A stretch of DNA of 63,940 bases from Octopus bimaculoides (GCF_001194135.2 NC_068989.1:79673361-79737300); one strand, 5' to 3'; counted from the stretch's first letter, positions 1 to 12,869 are shown. Made by a program: numbers and translations. The notes: a model not told the origin generated them from the sequence alone.

Positions 1-40
<40 letters not shown>
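1..40. repeat. (TA)n microsatellite
   Basis: Pure TA dinucleotide run at the window start. Confidence 0.98.
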
Positions 41-44
<4 letters not shown>

Positions 45-259
45 AGAATCTCCCGTCGGTTTCGACGTATGAAGCTCTGACATCGTACTGTTACTTGTCA
101 GTCAATGCTTTTGTCGAATGTGACATTTAAGACCCGCCAAGGATTTGCAAAGAAGGTTACAAATGTTGCAAGTTTGAGGATTACAGGTCAGTGTAGGTGG
201 TATATTTGCAGCCGCTTTTCTCCTTTGCCTTGTACTTCGAAGCCAGTTAATGCTGGTTA

Positions 260-1128
260 CGAGGTGTGATCAAAAAGTATCCGACCTTTGGCCAAGTAAT
301 ATTAAAAACTCCTCATTTTGATCTAGTCTCCTTGAAAGTATTCGCCTTGGGAGTCTACGGACTTCGGCCAGCATTACTACCACCGACGGAAACATTTCTG
401 GAAATCAATTTTTGGGATGCTGTAGAGCTGTGATGTCGAATTTTGCTTAATATCCTCTGTTGACTCAACTTTTCTCCATTTGAATGTTTTTTTTTTTTTT
501 GGTTTAGCTTTGGAAATAGCCAAAAGTGACAAGGAGCCAAGTCGAGAGAGTAGGAAGCCTGACGAACATATGGTGTGTTTTGCTTGACGAGGAATGCTTG
601 GGTGATGTGGGCGCAATGAGCGGGTTCATGTCATGGTGGAGTTGCCAGTATTTTCCTATTCACAGGTCGGATCGTTTTCGCCACACAACTTCACAAAGAC
701 TATCGTACCTTTGCAGTCATTTCGTCGTTTCTGCCAGTAGATGGTCTGCCACAACGTGGCTCACTGTCCACTGAGGTGTGGCCATTTTTGAACCGGTTTA
801 TCACTCCTTAATTTGTGTTTTTCTCATAGTATCAGCTCTAAAGGCCATCTTAATCTTCTCGGTAGTCTGGTCTTGCGTATCATCAAGTTTTTAGCAGTAT
901 GTTTGCTAAATGCGCTTGGTCATCTTGACTCAAAAAGAAAATTCGCACAGCACGCTGTTCACGTTTGTACTCAACGCGTCACTGCAGATGAATATGTGCA
1001 ACCTTCAGACACGAAAATTTTTTGCGCATGCTCAGGAAGGACACGGCCATCTAATATCCAAGCGGATTTTGCTCACGCATTATTTTGTGCAAAATCATCA
1101 AGGTTGGATACTTTTCGACAACACCTCG
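260..1128 (-). mobile_element. Internally deleted mariner (Tc1/mariner) DNA transposon
   Basis: TIRs CGAGGTGTGATCAAAAAGTATCC (260-282) and GGATACTTTTCGACAACACCTCG (1106-1128), each flanked by TA. Minus-strand transposase remnants include RFKNGHTSVDSEPRCGRPST, WQLHHD, APCHFWLFPKL (cf. YSPDLAPCDFFLFPKLK) and IPKIDFQKCFRRW, broken by stops, a poly-T frameshift and a central deletion. Confidence 0.93.
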
Positions 1129-1142
1129 TATGTATGTGCATA

Positions 1143-1199
<57 letters not shown>

Positions 1200-1260
1200 T
1201 TGTTTTGCAAGATTTTTGATGTGAAATCGTGTGTTGAAACAGATGTTGTTGTACTTGGGG

Positions 1261-1339
1261 ATGGTCATATTGCCAGTTTAGCCAATAAAAACACACGCAC
1301 TGCGTGTGTTTTTATTGGCTAAACTGGCAATATGACCAT
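1261..1339. repeat. Perfect 39-bp-arm palindrome ending at an N-gap
   Basis: 1261-1299 is the exact reverse complement of 1301-1339, with a 1-nt loop. The gap starts at 1340. Confidence 0.95.
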
Positions 1340-1773
1340 NNNNNNNNNNNNNNNNNNNNNNNNNNNNNNNNNNNNNNNNNNNNNNNNNNNNNNNNNNNNN
1401 NNNNNNNNNNNNNNNNNNNNNNNNNNNNNNNNNNNNNNNNNNNNNNNNNNNNNNNNNNNNNNNNNNNNNNNNNNNNNNNNNNNNNNNNNNNNNNNNNNNN
1501 NNNNNNNNNNNNNNNNNNNNNNNNNNNNNNNNNNNNNNNNNNNNNNNNNNNNNNNNNNNNNNNNNNNNNNNNNNNNNNNNNNNNNNNNNNNNNNNNNNNN
1601 NNNNNNNNNNNNNNNNNNNNNNNNNNNNNNNNNNNNNNNNNNNNNNNNNNNNNNNNNNNNNNNNNNNNNNNNNNNNNNNNNNNNNNNNNNNNNNNNNNNN
1701 NNNNNTGTATGCATGTGTGTATAGATATATGCGCATAAATATAATGTACGCAAACATGGTGTGTGTATAAATA

Positions 1774-1820
<47 letters not shown>

Positions 1821-2315
1821 CTTGTGTACGTACATTATATACATGAATACATATCTACACACAGACACACACACATGTATGTATGTAAGTATGTATGTAT
1901 GTATGTACGTATGTATGTATGTATGTATGTATGTATGTATGTATGTATGTATATAGCTTATGTGAGTATGAGTGTTTCTGTCTGTCTGTGCTTTCATTTG
2001 CTGATTTTTATAAAATGCATCTAACATATCGATAAAATATATGCAGACATAAAAACGTAAAGACTCAATATGAACGACTAAAAATAATACGTGAAATGTA
2101 TGTGCAAGTATGCCTATAATGATACGAAGGAAAATAAATGAAACTTTCTCTATACTAAAAGAAATTCGATACAAAAGGTCAAATCAAGTGCCTTCTTTAT
2201 TCCGTTTGATCGTCACAGGCTATAAGGATGCTGAAAGGAAAAGAAGTACTGTGGAGAGAGATGTATTTATATAATAGATAAAAAGAAATTATAATGGAGT
2301 GCTGGATAACGTATA

Positions 2316-2368
<53 letters not shown>

Positions 2369-2388
2369 TTATGTATGTAAGTATAGTT

Positions 2389-2431
<43 letters not shown>

Positions 2432-2754
2432 GTGTGTGTGTGTGTGTATATGCATGTATCTATGCATTGTTTATATGAGTATATATATATATATAGATAT
2501 ACATACACACACACATATACATATAAAGTTGGTGGACAGAAAGGGGAGAGAGGAAAAACAGGCAGTCAAGTGCGCAGACAGTGAAATATAGGAAGGGATT
2601 AATAATGAGTGAAGGAAGAAGAAAGAAATTAATAAAATTAATAAAAGAACTGGAAATATGAAAAAGAGGTGTGATGATATATGTGTGTATGTGTGTATGT
2701 GTGTATGTGTCTGCGTATGATTATGCGAGTGAGTTTTAGCTCGCCTATATGCAT

Positions 2755-3098
2755 ATACAATTTTTCTTTTTATAAGAAACAGTTTATAAGAACAGTTTGT
2801 TTCTATTTAACAGACACGGTATGGTTATCCTTGTTTTGAATACACGTTGCAATACATTTACCCCAGTCATTGTGAACTCGTAATGGCACATCTGGTGATA
2901 CGTGTGCAAATGAGTTGGTGATACGTTCCTTCAAATCCTTTATGTCTATGATCTTTCGGTGATACACCGTGCCTTTCAAATACCCCTAAAGACAGAAATC
3001 AAGAGGGGTCAGATCAGGGGATCTAGGGGATCTTATAAACAGTTTCTTATAAGAAAAAAAAAATTTTTCTTATGTATGGAGACTTTTGAATCACCCTG
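2755..3098 (-). mobile_element. Tc1/mariner-superfamily remnant (transposase C-terminus plus one terminus)
   Basis: Minus strand reads PRSPDLTPLDFCL*GYLKGTVY (cf. WPPRSPDLTPLDFFLWGYLK). A terminus-like GGAGACTTTTGAATCACCCTG-TA ends at 3098-3100. An inverted repeat (TATAAGAAACAGTTTATAAG / CTTATAAACAGTTTCTTATA) brackets the fragment. Confidence 0.8.
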
Positions 3099-3459
3099 TA
3101 TATACCAGGAAAAAATTCACACGTGCACTTATATACGTACACATACAAACGTACACACGTGCTACTTACTTTTTTCCTGACAGTCACATGACTGTCTATC
3201 TTTTAGAGCATTACCAAGCTTGACTCTACTTTTCATTGTCATGTTTGATTTATGAGAGAACGTGTGTATATGTGTACCTGTAGGTGGGAATATACATGTG
3301 TGCATATATGTAGAAATTTTTGCGATAGTAGAAGTTGGATTGTTGGTGGAAGCTTGTGTGTATGTTCCGAAGAGAATCTCTCGTCACTTAAGCCGACAAA
3401 AATGCAGCGAACCACTGACTGGCCTATTCGTAATCTTTCAGCAGCCACCCTATTGTTCG

Positions 3460-3615
3460 CCCAATCCTTCCATCCATTTTCTCTGCCCACTGTTACTGGT
3501 AGGATCGTGGTGGGGCAGGGTTCGTAGGCGCTTTCGCCAAAGGGTCATAACAGGATTTCCAAGCGTGACTGTCTGAGATTATGTTATCCAACCATCTCGT
3601 TCTTGGCTTACCCCT
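3460..3615 (-). mobile_element. RTE-clade LINE 3' remnant
   Basis: Minus strand GKPRTRWLDNI matches the GRPRxRWxDxI motif at the C-terminus of RTE ORFs. The rest is degenerate. Confidence 0.55.
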
Positions 3616-3651
3616 AATCTAACAAATACCTACAATTCTCTCTTTTTATAG

Positions 3652-3770
3652 GGATCGTGGGGCATTAGTAGATTCCCTATTTCAAAGGATTCTGGTAAGC
3701 ATTCAGCGAAATCCAAATCACTCGAAATTGCAAACATTAATTAGAATTATTGTTCAACGATCCGTCGTAG
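3652..3770 (+). CDS. Candidate internal coding exon, product unknown
   Basis: Acceptor ctctctttttatAG and donor TAG|gtaact (alternative donor CTG|gtaagc at 3694/3695). Open frame DRGALVDSLFQRILVSIQRNPNHSKLQTLIRIIVQRSVV. No homology recognised. Confidence 0.3.
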
Positions 3771-5301
3771 GTAACTTTTTCATCGTCAGCAGCAATTGTA
3801 TAATTGACTAATTCTACTAGCGGAACATAAGCAAGTAAGTAATTCCTACTTTAGGATTGATAAGGTGGTTGGTTAATATGCTAATTCAATTCAGGTTATT
3901 ACAGAAGCTGGAAACCAAAAGAGGATTATGTCGAGATTTCGAGCTGTTGAAAATTAATTACAAATTAATTTATTTTTCGTTTCAATGATGAGTCGCGTTT
4001 CCTATTTCTATCTATGAGTCAATCGACTGATTAGGAGTTATTTATGAAATGTACATGTTGCCCATTCAACCATGACCATCTCGCCTTTTCTCACATTTAA
4101 TAGAAACCCAACTCTACCAATCCAATTTAACAAAGTTCCGACCGTAATCACCAATTCTTTTTTAAAAACCTTCAACTGTTATTATTTTGCGTGCCAAACG
4201 GGCCAAATTCATTTTCTCTTAAGCAGTGGATAGTGTAGTTCTGCAGTATATTATGCCCTAAAAATGTAAGATAGGATAGTCGTGGGTGGAACGGCTTTTA
4301 TCATCGGTTTACTGGATCAGTCCATATGTGATCGTGAAAAAAGATCCGATGAAAATATGTCATTCTAAATTAAATAAATATTGAAATAGTATCGAAACAT
4401 TGTCTAAGATATTTCTGTCATGATTAACGCCTCCTTTAGTTATAACATAAACAGTAAAATTATAAGTTTTAAGTCTCTAACTATCAACTTCAGAGAATAA
4501 AATAAGTTTTATATAAATACATCTGCACAATATTTCAAAGTTTTTGACCCCCCGATCATGATCAGGTGTATTTCTTTCGATGCATACACAGTGCCATAAG
4601 GTTTCGAAATAACAAAGCAATGTATGTAAAGTAACTGTAGTAAAAATAGTTGTGGTGTAGCGTATACATATACAAGAATAAGACACCTAACGATATTGGA
4701 TAGCAAACCAAACAGAATTTCGGACAGCAGATGGAAGTATTTTGAAATAGTGTTTTTTCACTAAAGATACGATTAATAGTCTCTGAAGATAGCATGGTGT
4801 CAATAACTCGTTTCCAAAGTAAGAATAGAGCCGTATATTTGATATAAATTGTGGTTAAATCAACCCTTGTACTTTAGTGGCATCTCAATATATCGGCCGC
4901 GGAGGGGTGAAATATTTTGACCTGTACTTAGAACTCAAGAGTGATGCAACGAAATACCACATGATATCGTTTACGATGCTCCAGCGATCACAACAGTATG
5001 TCAGAGCACTAATAACTGATTTCAGACATGTAGACATCTAACAGTATATATAGCGAGGTTTATATTACAACGTGTCCTTCTGTTTTTAGGATGGCAGAGT
5101 AAAGTTTGAGGGAGATCGTTTTTGATGTTAATTATAGCAGAATATATGACCCCATAGAAACCCTGTAGTAGGCTTATTTTGTGACTGACATGTAATGAAG
5201 TACGAACAAAGATAAATTACTTTATATATGTAGACTCTTTTCGCTTAGAATGGAATTATTTTGGACATCTGATAAACTATAATACACCTAAATCATTTAA
5301 C

Positions 5302-5444
5302 CTTTACAGATGAACCATGCGTTGTTGTCGGCAGATGTATTTGTCTTGTCGTTATTGATAAATACGTAGTTATACACGGAAATAAAGTCATAGAATAATT
5401 TCAGTTCTTTATAAATATCCCTTAAGGAAGATGGAACTGACAAT
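5302..5444 (-). CDS. Candidate internal coding exon, product unknown
   Basis: Long polypyrimidine acceptor ttttacttatttttttactattcttttgacAG and donor AAG|gttaaa. Open 47 codons: LSVPSSLRDIYKELKLFYDFISVYNYVFINNDKTNTSADNNAWFICK. No family confirmed. Confidence 0.3.
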
Positions 5445-7737
5445 CTGTCAAAAGAATAGTAAAAAAATAAGTAAAACATCTTAAGCAGACAGTCGTACAT
5501 TAAGTTTTCTTTCAAATATCGCCATCATTTCTCTTAGTGTTCTTATATTTTAAATAAACACTGAAGAAACATTTTTTTTTAGAAGTAATTGTTTTTTTTT
5601 TTCTTTTTTTCTTTCATTTTAAGCATCCAAAATATTCGGAGAGAAATTCGCCATTCATTTAATCTGTTTGTTTATGAGCAATTCGTGAGGCTTCTTAACG
5701 TAAAATGTTTCGGTAAACACTATTATCCTTCCATTAATGGAGTGATAAATAAACATACTATTGATAAAGCTCTAGATTTGCTGAAGTGTAAGAAAACTGG
5801 AGTAGTTATTGTTGTCGAAATATAAGTCAATCCTAGTTGAAGCAGATCTAGAATCATAAATGCTCCAGCTGTGACTATCCCACAGTTTTTCGTAATTAAG
5901 TGTGATGTTTCTCGGTTGCTTTTTAAAGATAGATATTAGAATTTTATTTGTTGGATATGGTGTCCACCAACTGATCGCGAAGTAATGCTGATTCGACTCG
6001 AAGCAAAACAGTACCACTATTGTGAAAAGAAATAACGAATCAGGCTTCAACAATTTTTAAAGAACGCTGGGATTGAATCTTTAAGTAAAGGTGTCAAAAT
6101 CATGGAAGAAATTGTTAGTACGACATTGAAATATATCAGTCAAATTAGGTGATAGAGAAGGAATTAGGTTCCACGTTCTTTTTCTAAGTGATGGCTGTCA
6201 AGTGAGCGGACATGACAGAGAAGCGATGAGATTTCACATGTACAAAGTCAGCTGGAGAATACAGTGCGTGAGTTTTGTATGTACTCATGTGTTTGAGTTT
6301 ATGCCTGCGTATGTTCAGGGGAGTGGGATCTGTACGTAGGGGTGTATTATCTTTTTGTAAGATATGTGTGCGTCTTTTCCTTTCATTAATATACACGTTG
6401 ATCATCGATGCCAAAAGCTTGAACTTTTGGCACCGACGATAGAAATATAAAAACTTTCATATAGATTATCCGTGTCTGCGAGGAAATTGAAATACATCCG
6501 TCAAAGTGTAGACTATTACAAAGAAACAGAATTACTTTAGTAATAAACTTTCACAGTTATAGACATGAAACTAATTTAATTTTATTATTTAGTAGTTGAG
6601 ACTTATATTACTGATTCATTATGTAATTCATCGTTACATTCAACACTAATCACACTGTAGTCATTTCTTTGGCACAATTATCAGACAAAAGTTTATAAAA
6701 ATCGTTCCTTTTCAGGAAGTATGACTATTGTGCAAAGCTTTATGATTGCTGAGAAGGCCTTCCATATCGGATCGAGAGAATGGAGAAAACATTCAAGAGA
6801 AAAATATCTTAAGCTGTACATAGAAAACCAAACCTCAAGAACAAAGCGATTGGATATCGTTTCGGTTATGATTGCAGAAAATACAATTTGTTCACTTTGA
6901 TCCTTCGAGGGTGCGTGAAGAAATTACGGATAAAAATTGAAAGTGAAAGATTAATTTGGTTGGGAAGTCAAATGGTGCTGCGAAAGTGTGATACACTAAC
7001 TCCAGAAGGTTAACGACGAACTAGGGGCACAAATTTGAAAAGAAATGTAAAAAGACACATCATTTATGCAACCATGAAAATACCTCCATTTAAGTTGAAG
7101 GGAAATAAGTATAGGGGCAGGTAGGTACAGCGGGCCTGTTTATTTTTAAAGGTAACCCGGTGGGATTTATGAGAGATTTTACCCGATCACCACATAAAGA
7201 CTTCTTCTTAGTAACTATTTTTAGCTTGGCGAATTGGGTATTTCATCGTTACATGTCTTGCACATGAGTATCGTACAACCGTAGTTACTGCATAATTACC
7301 AATGTTTTGTTACTTATTATTATTATTATTATTTCTCTTTTTGCAGGATGTAAATCGACAGCCAATCTCCACGGACCGCTATGACTTCCTTGATTTCCCT
7401 GTGGGTTGATGGAATTTTCAATATGCTTCCATTTCCTATTTTTAATGTACATGTTCGTTCTTATTTGATATAACTCTACATTAATTTCACATAAACAAGA
7501 ACATAAGTCAATACATCTTTAATTGATTGCTAGCTACAATGCATTAAAAAAACGGTTAATACTCGTGTGCAATAGCTTATACGTAAAAGATGTTGAGTTG
7601 CTTTTTCGATGGAAAATATTAGACGTATGCCGTTACTAAAACCGTAATTATACAAGATTTCCATGAGCTGTAGTTTCCTTTCATATTAATTAGATGTTCA
7701 CATATTTTCTCTTGTTCTGAGTTCACTTTGTCTCATA

Positions 7738-7773
<36 letters not shown>

Positions 7774-8189
7774 GTGGTTCTTTATTTCTTTATTTCTATT
7801 ATTCATAGAAATGTATTTGACTTGAAGACTGTATAATTATCTTATACTTCCCTGTTGAGATTTTACAACATTTTATTACCTATTTAATTTACATGCTTTT
7901 GTGACAGTTACTATTTAGAAATCATCGTTATTACACTTTATATTCTCCTACATAATCTTTTTAGGTATTTTTTTCTTCTTTCCATCTTTTTCTGTTTCCT
8001 CCTCTTTTTACTTAATATTTTTGATCACCGCCCTTTTTCATTCCATCAGTGAAATATAATATAACGCTTTCTTATAAAGGACATCCCCCAACAAATGTAG
8101 ATATTTTGTATGAAAATCATCCGTGAATTTGATTGTTTTAAACATTTTCTTGAAACAAATTTTTAGAAAAGAGTTTTGTTTTATATAAC

Positions 8190-8397
8190 AGTTCCAAATT
8201 TTGATACAAGGCCACCAGTTTTAAGGGTGGTCATCAGTCGATTAGATCAACCCTAGTATTTAACAGGTACATTATATTGTCAACCGGAAAGGATGAGAGG
8301 CAACGGTGACCTCAGCACTATTTCAATTCTAAATATAAAGAACCGGTAGAAATGCTGCTAAGCATTTTGTCCGACGACCTGACGACTCTGCCACCTT
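8190..8397 (-). mobile_element. SINE family B (tRNA head + CORE-like body), degenerate
   Basis: Reverse complement of the family-B body and 3' end (ccaaatttt...acaaggccaccag...ggatgagaggcaacggtgacctcagc) seen in intact copies at 9725-9948 and 58005-58240. Confidence 0.75.
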
Positions 8398-8965
8398 ACT
8401 ACTTTAGTTTTCTTTATATAATAACATTTTGTGTATTCTAATTCTGAGTTCACTTGGTTTCGTGGGATCACATTATATGAATTTCCCGATGTTAGATTTT
8501 CTAGGAAATTTGTAAGAAACCTCAAAAATATATGGACCAAGAATATCTTTCAGTCTAGACTTGATGATAGGGATGAAGAACATTTGAAGAAAATTCCCTA
8601 AACATTCGAACAACTGATTTACTAAAATGTATATTAATTATACTGAGTCAGATCAGTTTAGCATTTAGAGAATCAAAGTGTATGACCATGGGGGTTCTCT
8701 TTGTAATGTGATTTCGGTTCATTCCCACTAAGGGCAAACTCAGGTGAGTATTTTCTTTTACTATAGCCACTGACCGACAAATATTTTTGACTGAACTTTG
8801 TTGGAAACTGTTAGTGAATCTGTTGTGAGTGTATGTATCTCTCATACTTTTGGGGCTGATAAAATAAGTTCGATTCGAACACAAGGGTCGATGTAATTTA
8901 CTTAACCCCTCGTCCATAATTGTTGGCTCTTTCCAAAATTTGAAACCAACATTACACGGCATTGA

Positions 8966-9205
8966 AAGGTGGCAAGTTAGCAGAATCGTTAGCACACTGG
9001 GAAAAACGCTTAATAACACTTCTTCCGGTTTTACTGTTTTATAATCTGGTTTCATGTTCAAGTTTTGGTTTCAATTTGCTGAGGTCGATTTTGTCTCAGA
9101 TCGTTTCAGGGTCGATAAAATGAATACCAATTGATCACTAAGTTCGATGTAATCGACTACCTCTGCCCCAAATTGCTGGCCTCGTGCCAAAATTTGAAAC
9201 CAGTG
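8966..9205 (+). mobile_element. SINE family B copy with target-site duplication
   Basis: Head ggtggcaagttagcagaatcgttagcac, body ggtcgataaaatgaatacc and tail gctggcctcgtgccaaaatttgaaacc. Flanked by TTACACG(G/T)CATT at 8952-8963 and 9206-9217. Confidence 0.8.
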
Positions 9206-9638
9206 TTACACGTCATTTATCAAGGCACTTTATTTTATTCCGCATCCCATTGCGCTTTGTTGGGGAACATATTACAAAGGAAAAAAAAGAGAATATATAC
9301 TACTATCTTAGTCGAAAGTTTCTGGAGCTTCAGTCCATATTTTCCTCTGCCATTTTGATGAGTGATATTTGAAGAGACGCTAAATAGTCACGTGATACCA
9401 ATTTCATGCAGCTAGAAGAAACGAAGTGTATGACTTGATAATACATAATATAAAATATATGTTTGCATTACAACCGGTGGTTCAGGAGTGCATCTATTCG
9501 GTAATTTACATAGTAAACTGTGAAATGTTTATCGAGATTTACATATAAATAAGGTAATAAAATTTCGCATGAAATTGTTAATATTGATTTAATGAGCATT
9601 TATGGAGTTACAACTTGATAATATTGTTTCAGAGACTA

Positions 9639-10085
9639 AGGCGGTGAGGTGGAGTAATCGTTAGCAGGCGGTGTAAAATGCTAATTGTCATTTCACCCGT
9701 CCCTACACTCTGAGTTCATATTCTTATTTCTTTATTGCTTACAAGGGGCTAAACATAGAGGCGGACAAACAAGAACAGACAAAGGGATTACATCGACCCC
9801 AGTGCGTAACTGGTACTTAATTTATCGACCCCGAAAGGATGAAAGGCAAAGTCGACCTCGGCGGAATTTGAACTCAGAATGTAACGGCAGACGAAATACT
9901 GCTAAGCATTTCGCCCGGCGGGGTAACGTTTCTGCCAGCTCGCTCTGCGTTCATATTCTGCTGAGGTCAACTTAGCTTTTCATCATTTCGGGGTCGATAA
10001 AATAAATACTAGTTGAGCACAAGGGTCGATGTAATCGACTTATCTTTCCCTTAAAAATTGCTTACCTTGCGCCAAAATTTTAGAT
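9639..10085 (+). mobile_element. Older SINE family B copy interrupted by a younger antisense copy
   Basis: 5' half at 9639-9724 and 3' half at 9949-10085 join into a normal family-B sequence once the insert is removed. Confidence 0.85.
9725..9948 (-). mobile_element. Young SINE family B copy nested in another SINE
   Basis: Near-complete antisense copy flanked by an exact 11-bp TSD GTTCATATTCT (9714-9724, 9949-9959). Confidence 0.92.
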
Positions 10086-10102
10086 CATTAATTCAGACAC
10101 TA

Positions 10103-10350
10103 AAACGGTGAACTGGTAGAAATGTTAGGACGTGGGGCAAAATACTTAGCGGTCTTTACGTTCTGAATTCAAATTCCGCCGTGGTTGAATTTGCATTTTA
10201 TCGCCATTGAATTTGCATTGAATTTGCATTTCATCCCCATCCCCTTCCGGGGTTGGGGATGAAATAAGTACAAGTTGAACACAGGGGTCGATGTAATCGA
10301 CTATCCTTCACCCCTGAACTCGATGCCCAAATACCAAAATTTGAAACCTA
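10103..10350 (+). mobile_element. SINE family B copy, tandem to the preceding one
   Basis: Head, body and tail present. Bounded by TTCAGACACTA (10092-10102) and TTCAGAGACTA (10357-10367). Confidence 0.82.
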
Positions 10351-11022
10351 TATTATTTCAGAGACTAGAATAATTTACTAATTGTAAAGGCTTCTCGCAG
10401 TCGTATTTATGTTATGTGAGCAGCAAGATTGCTGCTCACATAACATAACAAGTCAGCCATAAAAATTCGCCAATAAAACAAGTGTTTTAATGAAAGAAAA
10501 ATAATTTGTGAGAATCTGATCAAGTAGAAATAGAAAAGACATGGAAGCAACAAAAGACACGGAAGAAATATTTGTCTTGAAGTCAATATTTTCAAGCATA
10601 ACGAGTAAATTAAATATAAATTAGAATGCTTGAATCGAATCTGCTTACCATTTACTGGTGAGGAAATGGATGGCAACAGATATTAATGTTCATGAAATGT
10701 CAAGAAAGACATTCCGAGATTATGGGAAAAAGTAATTAAATTTCTGTTAATTTGAGATAAATTTAGATATTTTAGAGATAGAGAAAGAGAGTGGGGAAAG
10801 AGAAGAGGGGAACAAAGAAATGGAGTAGCGGCAACGTGGAGAGAGAAGACAGAATATAATGATACACGTAAAAAGTCTGTGAATAAATTTGTGTAAATTT
10901 AGTCATTATAATTTTGCTTTTGTGGGGCGATGGAAACCAAAGAAACAAGGAGAAACATTATGTGTGCTTTTATCGTTTACACTCTCTTTCTTTCTCTCTC
11001 ACACACACATTCATATATATAT

Positions 11023-11055
<33 letters not shown>

Positions 11056-12627
11056 NNNNNNNNNNNNNNNNNNNNNNNNNNNNNNNNNNNNNNNNNNNNA
11101 TATATGTATATATATATACATGTATATATATATAATAGAAATATGTTTCAGAAAGAAAATAGAAACTACACGTGGAAAAGATATGGGGAAAGTAAGAAGA
11201 AAAAAAGCGAAAATACACATTGATATTAAAAAAATAAAGGCTTTTTTAATGAAAAGTAGCGATAAATAAATACAATTAGATGAACTAAGGTAGAATTAAG
11301 AGGAATTAAATTCATTATTTTGAATTATGTATATAGACATACATACATTCGATGGGCTTTTTTAGTTTCCGTCTACCAAATCCACGCACAATGCTTTGAT
11401 CTATAGTTAAAAAAAGAAAGAGAAAAATCTGACCTGGGTGCCACGCAGTTGGACTGAAATTTATTTCAGAAGTTAACGCCTTGAAATTTGAAGTTTGAAG
11501 CATAGTAAGTAAGATAATATTGTTTATAATGATTTAAAGTTAAATATCTTTGATAAATCATTGTGGGACTCCATTCTATCCAACCAAATGGCACACTCAG
11601 TTGTGCGTGACATCTGCATCCTATTTAAGTGGCATTTTGCATCTGATCCATTCTATCAGAGACACTGGCCAAATATCGCAGAATCTACATTAAAAAATGA
11701 TTTTATTTTGTGCGATCCTTAACGACTTTACAAAATTCATACTATTCATGTCATACTAGGATTCTGAATTGTAACGATACTTAGGAAGTTCTCAATGAAT
11801 GGCCATAAAAAATATAGCTAATCTTCGTCTGAGCTATATTTCTCAACATATTTTGAGATGTTCTATACACCAGACAATCCAAGGTTTAAAAAGAAAACAT
11901 AAATACAACACTAGCTTTTATTTATTTAAATGGTTTAATATAGCTGGACTATGCGTCGGTAAGACTGCAGTTAAATAAGCGAATAAGCGAATGAACGTCG
12001 TAGAAGGTGATTAATACGTGGTCTCCATGTGATTTGCTATACAACAAATATTAATCGACAATTCCTTAGTCTAAGTCTGCAAATATTATTTTTTCTAAGG
12101 AAATTTTCTCCAATTTTATTGACAGTGTATAGAAAATATTAATCTGTTAAATAGTTTTCAATCTCTGATTACAACAGCTGTTAAATAAACATCAGCTGAG
12201 ACTGATGAATTTCTTTATGTTATAATACAAAGACAAAGACAAGAAAAAATTAAATTATCACATTCATTGGTTATTCAGGTTTCTAAAACGTGTTTTGATT
12301 TATTAAATTTCTACTCAACTAATCAAAGTTGTATTTCAACAAATTCTCACCATGCTATAGTCTGTCAACTGTTTTAAAGATTGGGAAGATATTATATAAC
12401 AATTTTATCCAATCAATATAAAATTTAATGTGATTTCAATACCATATAAAGTTGATTTACATACGTTTGTTTTTGTACTTACTCATATAGTTATAGCATT
12501 ATCACCCACCATTACATTTGATAGCTGTTTATCACCCCATCATATAAACCTTTATTTTTTTTTTCAAACCTGGTGTAATATATACGTCATATACACACAA
12601 AAAATACACACATACATATTTACATAA

Positions 12628-12795
12628 ATACAGGCATGGCTAACAGCTTCGATTCTGTTCTCTCAATCACGTAATTTCGGGACCAGCCCCGACGACTGTG
12701 CGGTGCTTTGGTAAGTGTTTCTAATATAGGCCCGAGTCAACCAAAGATTTGTGAGTTTGGTAGACGGAAACGGTGTGGAATCCCATCGTATATGC

Positions 12796-12800
<5 letters not shown>
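12628..12800 (+). mobile_element. SINE family A 5' half, degenerate, running into (TG)n and a gap
   Basis: Similar to the 5' half of the complete copy at 17772 (gtaagtgtttctaatataggcccgagtcaaccaaagatttgtgagtttggtagacggaaac). Confidence 0.7.

Positions 12801-12869
<69 letters not shown>

Noticed and set aside
1278-2591. Long ORFs in the track spanning N-gaps or simple repeats (YIYI, CVCV, HTHT, SLSL, RERE, poly-K/R), here and throughout the window
   Set aside because: They are artefacts of stop-free microsatellites and N runs, with no coding signal.
6716-6900. In-frame TGA after YDC read as selenocysteine
   Set aside because: The same frame hits TAA shortly after, and no SECIS-like element or selenoprotein motif was seen.
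11513-11722. ~69-codon open frame (DKSLWDSILSNQMAHSVVRDIC...)
   Set aside because: No usable acceptor or donor and no homology recognised; frames of this length are expected by chance.
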